A stretch of DNA of 64,000 nucleotides from Octopus sinensis (lineage: Eukaryota), in the NCBI RefSeq assembly GCF_006345805.1, contig NC_042997.1:147746001-147810000 (forward strand), written 5' to 3'. The translations under genes and the position numbers were made by a program. Under the pieces are notes generated by a model. The model ran no database searches, was not told the DNA's origin, and worked only from the letters and a program-made list of their open reading frames with translations. How positions within the stretch are numbered: position 1 is the first letter of the stretch; each line of letters opens with the position of its first letter. This document shows, one piece after another, positions 1-13,362 of the stretch.

Positions 1-80
1 GGGATGATAACGATGATGATGATAATGATATACTTGCAACGATGATGAAAATGATGATGATGATGATGATGATGATGATT
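1..80. repeat. (GAT)n microsatellite
   Basis: Imperfect gatgatgat run seen directly. Confidence 0.9.
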
Positions 81-198
81 AAAGGGATAATGATATCTAA
101 GAAGTTATTGATGCTGACATGTTTGTTTTTCTACGATGTTTGTTAATAACAAAAGAAATCGAAAATGGAAAGGAAAGAACAAGAGAAAAGCAATAAAA

Positions 199-202
<4 letters not shown>

Positions 203-281
<79 letters not shown>
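203..281. repeat. compound (TA)n-(GA)n microsatellite
   Basis: Direct; one of dozens of TA/CA/GA/TATG/GATA tracts in the window, and the source of most spurious ORFs. Confidence 0.95.
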
Positions 282-287
<6 letters not shown>

Positions 288-523
288 CAACTGTCAAAGA
301 GGTAAATGTGGAAATTGTGAGCGTAGAGAAACTAGCGAGAATGAGCTTACTGGTGATACGAATCAACATGCGCAAAAAATAACTGAATAAATAGATAAAA
401 ATAATAGGAACAAAAAAAATCAACGGTAAAAAAGTCTAGCGTTGTAATTAAGAAATAGATTTTTCTAAAATGAACATCTATGCAGAATTCAATTAAGTAA
501 AAACGTACAAGCAAGAAATCTCT

Positions 524-572
<49 letters not shown>

Positions 573-929
573 CTTGTAGAACACAGTCAGTAGATTTAAT
601 CACCGATACGATCATAAATACATTGTAACGCATGTATACACAGACATACGGGGACGTTCTACAGTGATGTGCAAATATAGACAAAATAATACATATAAAC
701 ACACAGATCAACACGCAGTCATTAACGAAGACTAATATATCTGTTGGATGGTAAAATGGTGTGACACGTTTGATGGAGAATATAAAACGAGGGAAGTAAT
801 TGCTCGCGTTTGATTCTGATTTGCATGCATCATTTATGCTCTCATTAATACCTAGTTCTTGGTTTCAGTGTGCTTACGTGTTTGAGCATATATATATATA
901 TATATATATATCAGGAGCAAAATTACTGG

Positions 930-1110
930 AGATTCAGTATACACCACGTGGCAAAATTATGAGTTGAAAATATGTGGACAACATATATAAAAAGGGCAAA
1001 AATGCATTCGTTTCACATGGTTTATCTTTTTACAAAGAAGCAGAACAGAAAAGAAAGACAAGCATACTGAATGGCGGTGCTCCATCATGGCCTCAGCTTC
1101 TGGCTAAAAC
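930..1110 (+). mobile_element. degenerate 3' fragment of CR1/L2-group LINE with conserved tail
   Basis: Ends in atggcggtgctccatcatggcctcagcttctggctaaaac, matching the 3' UTR of the LINE at 15325-15370; upstream KNAFVSHGLSFY weakly resembles that LINE's C-terminus. Confidence 0.5.
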
Positions 1111-1148
1111 CATTATCATCGTTATCCGGTGGTGGTTATTGCACGGAT

Positions 1149-1206
1149 CAATAGCGAAGCAGATAGACTGAAGAGAACGCTCTTCAGTCTGTCTGTTTCG
1201 CCATTG
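1149..1206 (+). other. 58-nt near-perfect hairpin
   Basis: caatagcgaagcagatagactgaagag-aacg-ctcttcagtctgtctgtttcgccattg: 27-position stem with 1 mismatch and 2 G-U pairs. Confidence 0.8.
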
Positions 1207-1410
1207 CAAGTGATAGGTTTTCTCGTGCACACAGTTGCTTTAGGTGTGGTCTGCCAACATTTGCGTCCCCAGACTTCGGTTCCTATAGAAGAACATCGCT
1301 AGTGATCTCATCCTTTAATCTTCAGCCGTATTCAGCAACTCTGGTGGGGCCAAAACCAACTCAGAGGCATCAACACATACATAGACAATCTTCTTTACAC
1401 ACACACAAAT

Positions 1411-1444
<34 letters not shown>

Positions 1445-3454
1445 ACATACACGCATTTCTAAGTTGTGTAATAAAATTTGTGAAACGCACTTCTTGAACA
1501 AATATACGTATATACATGCATAAAAATCCTCCGCTTATATAGGACTAAACCCTCCGCTTGTATGAGCCTAAATGAAATCAAAAGAACACATATATCACTC
1601 TTCATATCAAATTAATTAAACATATTCTTATAGAACCCACGAGCCGTTTCTTGTCTTGTTTAACAGAAGATACTTGAAGTTCTAAATAACGCGCACCATT
1701 AATATTGTTAGATATCATCTTCTCTAAATATAATTATTTCCTCGCTCAAATATGTCTTTTAGGCTTTCTATTTACTGCAGTGATTACATTGCGATATCAT
1801 GAAAAATATCATGCAACACTTGTATTGTCAAAAACCTTTATCAATTGAAATTCATGACGTGCTTGCATGGGAAAATGTATTTTCATTTTCTAGAATTACC
1901 GATGCTTAGGTTAAAAAAAAGTAAAACTCTATCGTTTTCGTGCTAAAAACGTCAAGTTAAGTGGCATTTATGAAAATGTTTTGTTTCATAACAATGGTTT
2001 GTTTATCAATCATATAATGCTCTTTAATCCTAAAATCCTTAGTTCCATTTCTAAAAGGCCAGTGCTGATGTGACACTTTCCATTTGTGGATATCGCATGC
2101 ATATTAAAGTTTAAAATAAATATTGAACTATATGAATTTATACGTTTACATTGGAATAATAATAACTTAACCTTCGCAAACGATGGAATAATAATAACAT
2201 AACTTTCACAAATATTTATCCAATATGATACATACATAAACACAAAGACAGACATATACACATACACATTCACACGCACTCATACATATATGTATATACG
2301 CTAATCTTGTAAATGTACGATGCAATAATAACAAGTTAACCTTCACAAATATTTAACTAATATGATACGCACAGACAGACAAGCATATAAGTATGTATGG
2401 TAAGAATTGAAAATTCCAGCGCCTCACAAACGCCAATGGTTTTATTTCGGGCGAGAATACACACATATATATGCATATGTATTTCAATCTTGTAATTTAA
2501 CTCTGTGAAATATGCAAGCAATATAATTATACCATTTATAATGAATCAACTTTATCAGTCCCATAGACAGGTTAAGAAAGATCTTTCGATGATTGGTTGT
2601 ATAATAACGATGACGATTGACTAGGATCTAATATACCCTAACTATTAACATCTCGGTGCCATAGAGTTACGGTAACAAGCAACTTACTTCGAGAAATTAA
2701 TCGCTCTAATTCCCATCAACTGTCAAAAACGCACATTAAATAAAAGCCAGACCAAACCTGTGAATTATTTTCTTGAGAATATCTTAAGTAAAATGGGTTT
2801 CAAACGAATACGGTATAATAATAGCACTGAGACGAACGTGACACCGTTATACAAACGAGCAGTCATTTAAAATGATAAACAAAACAAAACAAAACAAAAA
2901 GCAACAAAATCAGTTGTTATGATTGAATTCCTTAAACAGCTTCAAAATAAAATTACGAACAAATTCAAAATGTCACCCTAGTATTGATGAGGAGTTACTC
3001 GAAGCAACAATTATTATACACAATCGATAGAAAACCTACCGACTTGTGTTTATACCCGATGGATCATATAGCTTATGAAGAACTAGGGGAAATCAAGACT
3101 TCCAGCATTAGAACATTGAATGTGCCACTATATAGTGTTGCAACTACCGTTCACCAATGTTGCAAGAACAAACGGACATCGATCATAATAATCCCAGAGG
3201 AGGAAGATCAACGAAATTACATGGCCTCTCTCTAGAAAAATATCGTCTGACTCAAAAAATGTCGCTGTAAAATAAGATATTGCCATTGAGTGCAAAATAA
3301 ATACTAGAATTCACTTTATGATATATATAATCTATGAAAATTGTCTACAAGATTCAATTACGAGCAAGCTAATCACCTTAGAACACATGTTGTGAACTGT
3401 AAGGGAAAGATTTCAATATTTAAAATTTTTTAAAGTACTCTTCAAAAGATACCC

Positions 3455-3570
3455 TTCCCCCACCCCTAACCCTAACTAACCATAACCCTAAAATAAATTG
3501 AAATGCAATAGATCGATACTAGGGTCATAATAATGGGTGACAATTTCATATGACACCGCTAGAAAAAAAC
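3455..3570 (+). mobile_element. partial copy of the TAACCC-containing MITE at 4905-5327
   Basis: About 115 bp nearly identical to 5170-5300 (…aatgcaatagatcgatactagggtcata…gacaccgctagaaaaaa). Confidence 0.8.
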
Positions 3571-4269
3571 GTACAAGTGTTACATTGCTGTATGAAAGGT
3601 TTTATATTGAAGGCCATAAATTCCCTTTCTCGGGATTATCGAAAGTCACTTTGGTGAGAGGTGGACAAGGAATGTAAACAGGCAACACTATCTTGATGCA
3701 ATATGGTTAGATGAGCTACAGAATAATCACTAAGCAGACAACTCTTCCCAAAGTTATATTATCAACAGTGAAATTCATCGGAAGGTTATTGCATAAGTAC
3801 CGAAAGCAAGGCCTAATAATGACTTATTAGTGCAAAAAAACTCACACTCTAAAGGGAAACTCACGTTAACATAATGGGTTGAGGAATAATTCATGAGCGT
3901 TTTTTTCTTTCAAATTTAAAATTGCACTCAGTAATAAAACGCATTGGCGAAATGTTTTTTTATTTAAAAGAAAATTCTTCGCTTAAAACACAGTGTGTTT
4001 TAATTTTTTAATTATGTTGATTTTTGTATATTTTCAGATCATTAAAATGGAATGTCAAGTGCATTTTCGACATCAATCGCTTCTTGCATTTAATGGAGGT
4101 ATTCCACCGAAGCTGCATATTAGCACCGTACATATTAGCATACGTTCATATTAGCACCTTAAGATTTGCATATATGTATATAGGAAGACGAATATAACGT
4201 ATGAATCACGTTAAAGTTTATATTTTCCTTGAATATATCTCAGTTATTTCAGGTGTGAAAAGTATATGT

Positions 4270-4480
4270 TGTTAAAATATGAACAGCATCAGAGTCCTCA
4301 GACAAATCCTTTACTCACTAGTATGCAAGGCTTAAAGAGACCATGTAAGATCTAGACTGAAATTCAAAGAGACTGCAAAAAGGGATATGAAGTGGAAAAG
4401 AATTGATCGTAATAAAAGACAAATCGACCGGTATAGAGAAAGCTTATCAAGTTATGCCAAGCCATAAACAGCCACAGACG
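4270..4480 (+). pseudogene. possible RTE-type LINE C-terminal remnant
   Basis: Translates as RQILYSLVCKA*RDHVRSRLKFKETAKRDMK, resembling the RTE C-terminal 'KQxLYxxLxxGxRxxGRPxLxxKDxxKRDxK' pattern (from recall). Confidence 0.4.
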
Positions 4481-4904
4481 CGATGACTGACTCTAGAAAA
4501 TGATTAGTGTGTGTAAAATCATATTTATGATGACCTCTAATCATATCAAAATATATCCGAAATTGCCATCATACTTACCAAATATCTGTTCCACTTCCAT
4601 TAATTTAAGTTCTGGTATTTCTGCCCAAACTTAAATACAATTATCGTCGCACTAACGTTTCTTTCGTCTCATTTCAAATATAATTTTAATTCATCAAATT
4701 TATTTTACTTCACTACATTAAACATGGCTAACTCCATTTAACAATTGTTTTATAATGCAGAAGGACTTTTATAATAATTTCGACCCATTATTTTTCATAC
4801 ACTGCAGCTCCCCCATCAGTGTACTCTATTTTCCACGGATACTTGTCTCATCGATAGAATTGATCTGAATATCTATCACGTTGTTGATTGTTGCAGCATA
4901 GTTC

Positions 4905-5327
4905 GGATATTTTAGGTTTGAACGGCAGTTTTTTAACATAATTTCTAGGTAACTAAAAAATTTTAAACTTCGTATACTGATAGAATGTGTTTATAAAACA
5001 TCTTTTTCTCTTGGCTTTGTTAAGAAAATTCTATAGTTTGTAAGATATTTGTTGTTTTTTTCTTCAATTTCTGCAATTTCAACCAATCAATGACGTGTAT
5101 TGAGGTTATAAACATTATGTGCCGTATGAATATGGCCCTCGCTTAAGAAACAGATTGGATTTATTTACATTTCCCTCCACCCCAACCCTAACCCTAAGCC
5201 TAACCCTAACTAACCCTAACCCTAAAATAGATTGAAATGCAATAGATCGATACTAGGGTCATAATTATGGGTGACAATTTCATATGACACCGCTAGAAAA
5301 AACTGCCGTTCAAACCGAAAAGATCCC
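4905..5327. mobile_element. non-autonomous TIR element (MITE) with internal telomere-like TAACCC repeats
   Basis: 29-bp TIRs ggatattttaggtttgaacggcagttttt / aaaaactgccgttcaaaccgaaaagatcc (27/29 match); (TAACCC)n-like tract 5184-5224; an extra partial TIR near 5365-5385. Confidence 0.8.
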
Positions 5328-6723
5328 ACAGTTCAAATGAATAATGGCAAATGTTCTCTGGTTCTCTGCCGTTCAAACCTAAAATATGGAATTTGTGCAA
5401 TGAAATTTTGTTTGTTCATTGTATTTCAAGTCATATGTAAATCTGATAATTATAAAATATCGTTTGAAAGTTTAATTTTAAATATATAGTAACAAAATAG
5501 AAACCAGTTATTCACAATATCCCTGAAGTCTTAAATGTCGAAATGAAAATGTCATTGTAAATAAAAACAGAAATAATATTTTGCTATGGAATATTTAGGA
5601 AATATTCCTACAGATATAAAATTGTTCAATAAAGACGAATTTTTTATAGATAAACAGAAAAGAACCCATCTGAATATGTTTATTCTTGTAATAGGAGTTG
5701 TATATTATTCTAAACTATTTGAAAAAATTGCTTTATAAAGAAGTAAATATGTGTTGAAATTGTTGAACAAGTGAAGAGTTTTACATTTGTCATATTTTGG
5801 GTGAAAAAAAAGCAAACTAAATGGATGAACGGAAATAACATTTAAAAATGTATAAATCAATAGGCTTTGAGTACTATACAGACAAATATATGAACTCGCT
5901 GCATGGAGTCCAAAAAGCGATTTAAATTCGCAGAAATAATTATGTGTGATAGAATGACAGATCAGTTTACGGAAGAACATTAATTTCATATCAACAAAGC
6001 GTGTAGAAATCACGCAAGCTTCCCAAATTGTCGTATAATATAAAATACAATACTTGAAAAACAATCATATTGCCTTTGTCCATCAAAAGCAGTTATTATA
6101 CGCTAACCTATATATTTTCAAATTAACAATATGAAGCTGGTGTTCATTACAATTTCACTATATGATTGTAACTTTACTGCTGTGTCTTCTATAGTTCCTT
6201 CGTGTGATACAATTATAAAACTATAGATGAAAAAAATAAAAGAAAAATGAAAAGAAAAAAGAAAATGGAAAACCCACAGAAGCTAGCGAAAAACAGATAA
6301 ATATACACCTTTGAAAATTATATTCAGATTTAGATGAAGGTAGCCAACATATAATTTAAATTGATATAAATATATTTTATATAAGACGGCTAATTTAGAA
6401 ATTGAAGGTATCATATGAGAAAATATACATATGCAGGTCATTATCTCTCAAGGGTGTAGGGCTATGAATTCTTCATGCAACAAATAATGTGATTTCTGGG
6501 CGACAAATATACATATGTATGCATCTATGTATGTACAAAGGTACGTGTGAGTGTGTGTGTGTGTGTGTGTATGTTTGTGTATTGATCAATATTTAGATAT
6601 TTCTGTATACTTGTGAGAGTGTGAGTGGGTCACTATACTGTATCACTGTACATATATACACACATACACACACACGGCACTCGAAAGCAAAAAGCAGAAC
6701 ATAAATATTAAAACACACACACA

Positions 6724-6773
<50 letters not shown>

Positions 6774-6819
6774 AAACACTCTAATATTGTTCTGTTATTT
6801 CCTGTTTCCATTTAGTATT

Positions 6820-6970
6820 TATAATGGTTTCTGATTTAGGCAGAAGGCTAGAAATCTTTAAGGAGAATGTTTAGTCGATGCCATTAACTCTAGTACTTCG
6901 GTGGTACTTAATTCTATCGGCATGGAGTGATAGAAGGTAAACTTGACCTCAGCAACATTTGAAACGAGAG
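6820..6970 (-). mobile_element. degenerate SINE family B
   Basis: Diverged match to the core and tail-2 of the SINE at 26850-27000. Confidence 0.5.
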
Positions 6971-7339
6971 CACAATGAGCCTGCAGAAATAATGTGTATC
7001 ATTTTCTTCCGTTGCTGTTAAATCCCATGACATATTGTACCATGCCGGGGATAGAATTTGGGAGTTTTCTCATAAGAAAACCCCGAAAATATTGAAAGCA
7101 GAGGAAATATTAAGTGATATCTGGTGACCATAAATTCTAACTGCTCAGATATTCGCAATTGACAATAGAATCAATAAAATGAATTAATAGCACATCACAG
7201 AAATGAGATTCACGAGTAATTATAGTAAACAAACACACAAATATAACTGACTTTTGACTATCATTTTAAGTATGATCTTAACAAAGCTTAACTGAGGATT
7301 GATAATAGGCTAAATAAAGATAGGTACAGCCACAGGAAA

Positions 7340-7374
<35 letters not shown>

Positions 7375-7539
7375 CATGTTCTTCTTACAAGTAGGACTAA
7401 CATGCGCACATATGCACACGCAACAAACATACACGAGTGAGTAAACAAACTGTTATTATTGTGAAGTTGAGGACAAACACAAAAACACACACACACATAC
7501 AAATATGTATATGTATGTGTGTGTGTGTGTATACGTGTG

Positions 7540-7700
7540 CGTACACCAAGCTTCTTAGTTTGCTTCTACCAAATCTGTTCACAACGCATTTGCCAGGGCC
7601 AGAGTAGAAGACACTTGCCCTTGCCCAAGGTGCACAATGGGACTGACTCCAGAACGATCTGGTTGGGAAGTAAACTACTTTAGAAAAACCACACCTGCAC
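7540..7700 (-). mobile_element. degenerate tRNA-derived SINE family A (5' half)
   Basis: agtagaagacacttgccc…caaggtgc…gggactga matches the family A head/body at 54965-55130. Confidence 0.65.
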
Positions 7701-7832
7701 ATATATGCATATAAATATATATATGTGTGTATACATATATATACATACATAAATATATTTGTATGTGTGTATGTATATAGGAGTGTATGTATATAGGAGT
7801 GTATGTATATAGGAGTGTATGTATATATTTAA

Positions 7833-8155
7833 AGACTCCGCCGGTTACGACGACGAGGGTCCCAGCTGATACGATCAACGGAACAGCTTGCTCGTGAAAT
7901 TAACGTGCAAATGGCTGAGCATTCCACAGACACGTGTACCCTTAACGTAGTTCTCGGGGAAAATCAGCGTGACACAGAGAGTGACAAGGCTGACCCTTTG
8001 AAAATACAAGTACAACTCATTTTTGCCAGCTGAGTGGACTGGAGCAACGTGAAATAAAGTGTCTTGCTCAGGGACACAACGCGTCGCCGGGAATCGAACT
8101 CACAACCTTACGATCATGAGCCGAATGCCCTAACCACTAAGCCACGCGCCCTCAC
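7833..8155 (-). mobile_element. full-length tRNA-derived SINE family C (young)
   Basis: Reverse complement of 46293-46615 with about 4 differences; A/B-box-like head; flanked by 10-bp direct repeat tgtatatatt (7820-7829, 8156-8165). Confidence 0.92.
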
Positions 8156-8437
8156 TGTATATATTAGTATGCATATACATACACACTTACTTACATTCAC
8201 ACACACACACACACACGCACGCACATATATTCCACACTTTTTTCTCAATTTCATAGATGTGAGCCACTTTTAGGAAGTTTTGGAAAGTAAATAAGTTGCA
8301 GTAGATTTCTCGAATTGCGGCTGCTTTCCTTATTATCGTTATTAACCATGGCCTGTATAATAGTCGTGACCATGAAATACATATATTATACACATACGTA
8401 CATATATACATATATGCAAACATACATACATACATGC

Positions 8438-8468
<31 letters not shown>

Positions 8469-8687
8469 GAGAGAGAAAAATGAGATAGATATGTAAATTC
8501 ACATACAAATATATATATACTCAGAGAGACACACACACACATATACACAGACACATTCTCATATATATATATGTATGTGTGTGTGTTTATGCGTACATAT
8601 CGATGTGTGTGGGTGCGGTAGTTATATTTCTGTTCATGATCCATTGTTATTTTTCTAGTGTCTATTCGTTTCATTCGATTGTTTTCT

Positions 8688-8728
<41 letters not shown>

Positions 8729-9715
8729 CCTGTATGATATTCCGTATGCAACGTAATTTAATTACTCACTGCTACAGAAGTTTAAAGGAAAATCATTACC
8801 AACTACAGACCACAACCAAATTCTTTTCTTTCATCTATTTCTATTTTATGTCTTTTTCTCCCTCTCTTTCTTTCCTTTTGTATTTCTTATTTACCAACAT
8901 CCTCTGCCACTGCTATCGCCACCATCGCCACCATTCACCGCCATCAACGCCACCACCGCCGCCAACGTCATCAAACGCACTACTATTATCCTTTGTATCC
9001 TCGTTAATACCATCATCTTCATCAGCATCATCTTTCATTTTCTTGTTTTTCTACCGTTGTTTTTATACTTGTGCTCTTAGTCATCAGTTATCTTGTTTTG
9101 GCTCTCAATATTTAACAGAACACTCAATCCTCATCAAGGCCACAAAATACATGAAAAACGCTAAAGCAAAAATCGAAAAAAAAACTTATTTACATCGATA
9201 CTAGCAACATGAAGAACATCAGAAGCAAACATCAACAGTCCTGTTAATATCCAGCATCATTCTCGTTCAACAGCAACAACAACAACTGCAATAACAAGGT
9301 TAAAATCGACATTGTCTTTATTTTCTTCATAATATACATCACATAAAATAACACAAAATATATTACAAAATGCAAAAAGGAAAAAAAAACCCAACCAAAC
9401 AAATTTTTTAATGATGAACATCCAGCAAGGAAACCTCTGTGGGGTCAGAAGTAACAGTTGGGTCAGTTTGCTGTAGTAATTTGCCGTCTTATAAATAGAA
9501 TGACACATTGAATAATATAGTCTTCGATACACAATGTAGGCAAACGTGATGTCAAAGTCACGCCTAAATTTCGATTATAGGTTGTTCTATCGAGTTCCGC
9601 GGGTTAATAACCACAAAATCAACAGCTGCAAAAGTAACAACGAAAAATACATTATTGCTGCTACATGGGAGAGACCCTACATCTTAATCAACCTGCTACA
9701 GCTAGCATCTACATC

Positions 9716-9946
9716 CTTTTCTTTACTACCCACAAGGGGCTAAACACAGGGAGGACAACCAAGGACAGCTAAACGAATTAAGTCGATTATATCGACCCCA
9801 GTGCGTAACTGGTACTTAATTTATCGACCCCGAAAGGATGAAAGGCAAAGTCGACCTCGGCGGAATTTGAACTTAGAACGTAACGGCAGACGAAATAAGG
9901 CTAGGCATTTCGCCCGGCGTGCTAACGGTTCTGCCAGCTCGCCGCC
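9716..9946 (-). mobile_element. full-length SINE family B (tail 1) with TSD
   Basis: Head ggcggcgagctggcagaa…gttcaaattcc, core gcctttcatcctttcggggtcgat; imperfect 18-bp direct repeat acagctagca(t/g)cta(c/t)atc at 9698-9715 and 9950-9967. Confidence 0.9.
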
Positions 9947-11705
9947 TTGACAGCTAGCAGCTATATCACCTGCATGTTACAACCTGTCATACCAAAAAAA
10001 AAAAAAAGGATTGCTAGATTATAAAATATTAATTCTGATATAACAATAGATAGAACATTTTACTAAAACTATAACTGCAACATAGACAACAAATGCGAGC
10101 TCACGTGGCACCCTCTGCGCCGTCTTTGGCCATCTTGCTAGAAATAACGACCAAATCTTTGGTGGTGCCTTAGGTCAATAGAATTATTTATTTCTAAAAA
10201 TGAATTATGAGAAAAAAACCAAAACTGGATGAATGTTCAGTAGCAGGGCATACTTAATCACAGTTCTCGTCAATCATCTCTGACCAATTGTTAATCAACA
10301 GTAAGAAAATAGACCGAGGCAATGAGAAAGAGCCTATGTGGTTGCTCGATCTGCAAGAAAGCATCCAAATCTTCCTGAAATTACATTCTACAGTCTTCAA
10401 AGTAAGGAAGTTGACTCTGGATAATGTAGTCGTAGCTGCAAATAAATACATTGTATCCACAGTTGAAACGTCTTTGACCATAAATTTGTTCGACCAAGAT
10501 TCACCTACAGCTAATTCACAAACACAAAGACAACAAAACCAAAAGAAAAAGCGGTAATGCAGCAACAATAACAACAACGCTATATAAACGTCAACCACAT
10601 TGTCATTATTCATCTCATGGCGTTGTAGTTTACATCTCTCACAACAATAGGTAACAGTATATTCCAATAAAAGATCAGTTCAGTCGAAAGTGATAAATCA
10701 TTTAAGAACATCACTAAGTTTTCTCAAGACGACATAGTGTTCGCCCATAACGACATATAGTGATTTATCAGTTCAAAGTAAAAGGAAAACTCAAAAACAA
10801 AAATACATTACTATCAATATCTATCATTTAGAAGAACAGAAATAGCAACTAAAAACAAAAATAATAACTGAAAAGCTATAAGAAGGTATGTAACGATAAT
10901 GAAAACGGCAGCAAAAATACTCAAAAGAAATGAAGAGACATCAAACGACTACACTGCGAAGCTGCCATGCTGATGACATCTATTGCGGCAGAAATACGTA
11001 TGCTGTCTTCTTGTCTCTAGATAATTAGGTTGTCTTCTCTATAATAGCATATCAATTTTGAAATCGTTATTTTTCATTCAGATTAACTACTTCTATTCAA
11101 ATTTGGAGATGATCCTACCTAACTGCCGCCAAGCAATTGTTCTACAATCCCTAGAAGAGGAAATAATTTCCACAAATCAGAAGCTACCTGTTGCTGAAAA
11201 GACCCTTTTCAATTCATGCATCATGCTGTGTCTGATATGCCTCTGTTCTATGCTTATTTTAAATCCATAAGCAACTAACAAACTTTCCAATGTAAATTTT
11301 CTTGATGAAAATATTGACCAACAGCTTACTTTGGGGAAAACAACAAACATATGGACTAAATCCAGCATAAAAATTAACCAATAAACTGCGACAAATTTCT
11401 GTTATGCTGACATCAAGATTGTACTAGCCAATCAAGCAGGTTCAGCCATGATACTAGATTATTCGTAACCTCAGATAGTCAGCTTAATTCCATAACTAGT
11501 ACTGTCAATCGAATTTGAAGAGCTATCACACAAACGGTGTGCGTTAAACACCCACAAGATAAATAGTTTAAAACTATACGGTATAGTACTTGCACTTTCC
11601 AATTTGAACTACTTTTGAAAATCACAAAATTGTGAAACCGGCACGATAGTTATAAATATATTTTCTTAAAGAAAATGTGCTGAAAATGCAATTCTAACTT
11701 CTAAT

Positions 11706-11761
<56 letters not shown>

Positions 11762-11869
11762 GACACACACAAACAAACACTCAAACACACGCGCGCACCC
11801 ACTATATATAGTAGAGAGATATGCATACACATTCACAACGCATATATTAGCATATATATACTGTTATTT

Positions 11870-12235
11870 TTTTATTATCTTACTTGTTTCAGTCAATTGA
11901 CTGCGGCCATGCTGGAGCACAGCTTTTAGTCGAACGAATCGACACCAAGACTTACTTTTTGTAAGCCTGATGCTTATTCTATCGGTCGCTTTTGCCGAAC
12001 TACTGTGTTACGGGGAAGTAAACACACCACGGTCGGATGTCAAGCTATGATGGGGGAGGGGACAAGCACAGACACACAAACATATATATATACACATATG
12101 CGACAGGCTTCATTCAGCTTTCTTCTACGAAATCCACTCACAAGGCTTTGGTCGGTCTGAGGCTATAATAGAGGAAGCTTGCCCAAGATATCACGCAGTG
12201 CGACTGAATCTGGAGCCATGTGGTTATTTAGAATG
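11870..12235 (-). mobile_element. SINE family A, near full length
   Basis: Tail gtttcagtcaattgactgcggccatgctggagcac, body and head similar to 54965-55320. Confidence 0.85.
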
Positions 12236-12438
12236 TAAAATCTTATTTATTGCTGAGCTGCTACGTTACGGGGCGAAAACACACCAACACTAGTTGTCAA
12301 ACGGTGATGGGGGGTAAAAAAGACACAAAGGCACATACACATGTATATATATATATACTTACTTGGAAAAGGATGTGTGGCGTTCGATCATATAATAATA
12401 TAAATAATATATAAATATATGCATATATACATGCATAC

Positions 12439-12899
12439 ATGGGTACAGGACATAAAAAAAATGTTGAACACAATGAGAAGCGAAAACATAAACACAAAAA
12501 CATAGAAACGAACTTTTTTCGAACAACTGCTCCGCGTTGCGAAGGCAAGAACAACGCGACTTCGTTGCAACAGTCCTTCCCTTAAATCAAATAAATAAAA
12601 TTTGGGAAATTTTGTGGAGGGTGAAAATGGTAACAAGAACAGAACAGTGAGAACAAAACAGTAAAAACAACTAGTGAGGGCTGTCGAGCTAATGCAATAG
12701 ATAAATTATTATGAAGTCTTCCTAGCGTTCATAATAATGTTTCTATCGCATTAGCCTAACAACCCTCACCGTTTGTTTTTACTATTTTGTTCTCATTGTT
12801 TTTTTTTTCGTTGTTCGAAAAAAAGTTCGTTTCTATGTTTTTGTTTTTATGCTTTCGTTTCTCATTGTGTCCCACGTTTATTTGACGTCCTGTACCCAT
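12439..12899. mobile_element. foldback element / MITE with nested inverted arms
   Basis: Outer arms 12439-12528 vs 12810-12899 (atgggtacaggac…/…gtcctgtacccat); inner arms about 12645-12712 vs 12725-12800 around loop gtcttcctagcg. Confidence 0.8.
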
Positions 12900-12934
12900 A
12901 TATGTAGGTATGTACATATATGTATGTATGTGTG

Positions 12935-13080
<146 letters not shown>

Positions 13081-13362
13081 ATAAGATCGTTATTTAAATA
13101 TCGAATTTATCAAGTGGCCAGCGTGGGAATAAAAACATTCAAAGGTAATAATTATTATTAAAATTATAGTTTAGGGTATCTAAGAGATACCACCACGCTT
13201 GAGATAGCAGCTAAAACTTGACTCTAAAACCATATTAAAAGTTCATACAGCACCATGAGAGAAGACATATATATATAGTAAGAAAAGGGAGGAGGAGAAT
13301 TTCGATTGTCCCCCCGTGGTGAATTATGAAAATACATATGTAAAATAAGGGGAAGAAAATGA

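Noticed and set aside
2984-3235. RTE-like remnant (DHIAYEELG…)
   Set aside because: Similarity is too short and degenerate to support.
10254-10667. 137-aa (-) and 89-aa (+) ORFs as host exons
   Set aside because: No recognisable domain; a plausible acceptor (tatttatttgcag, minus strand) exists but no consistent exon chain could be built.
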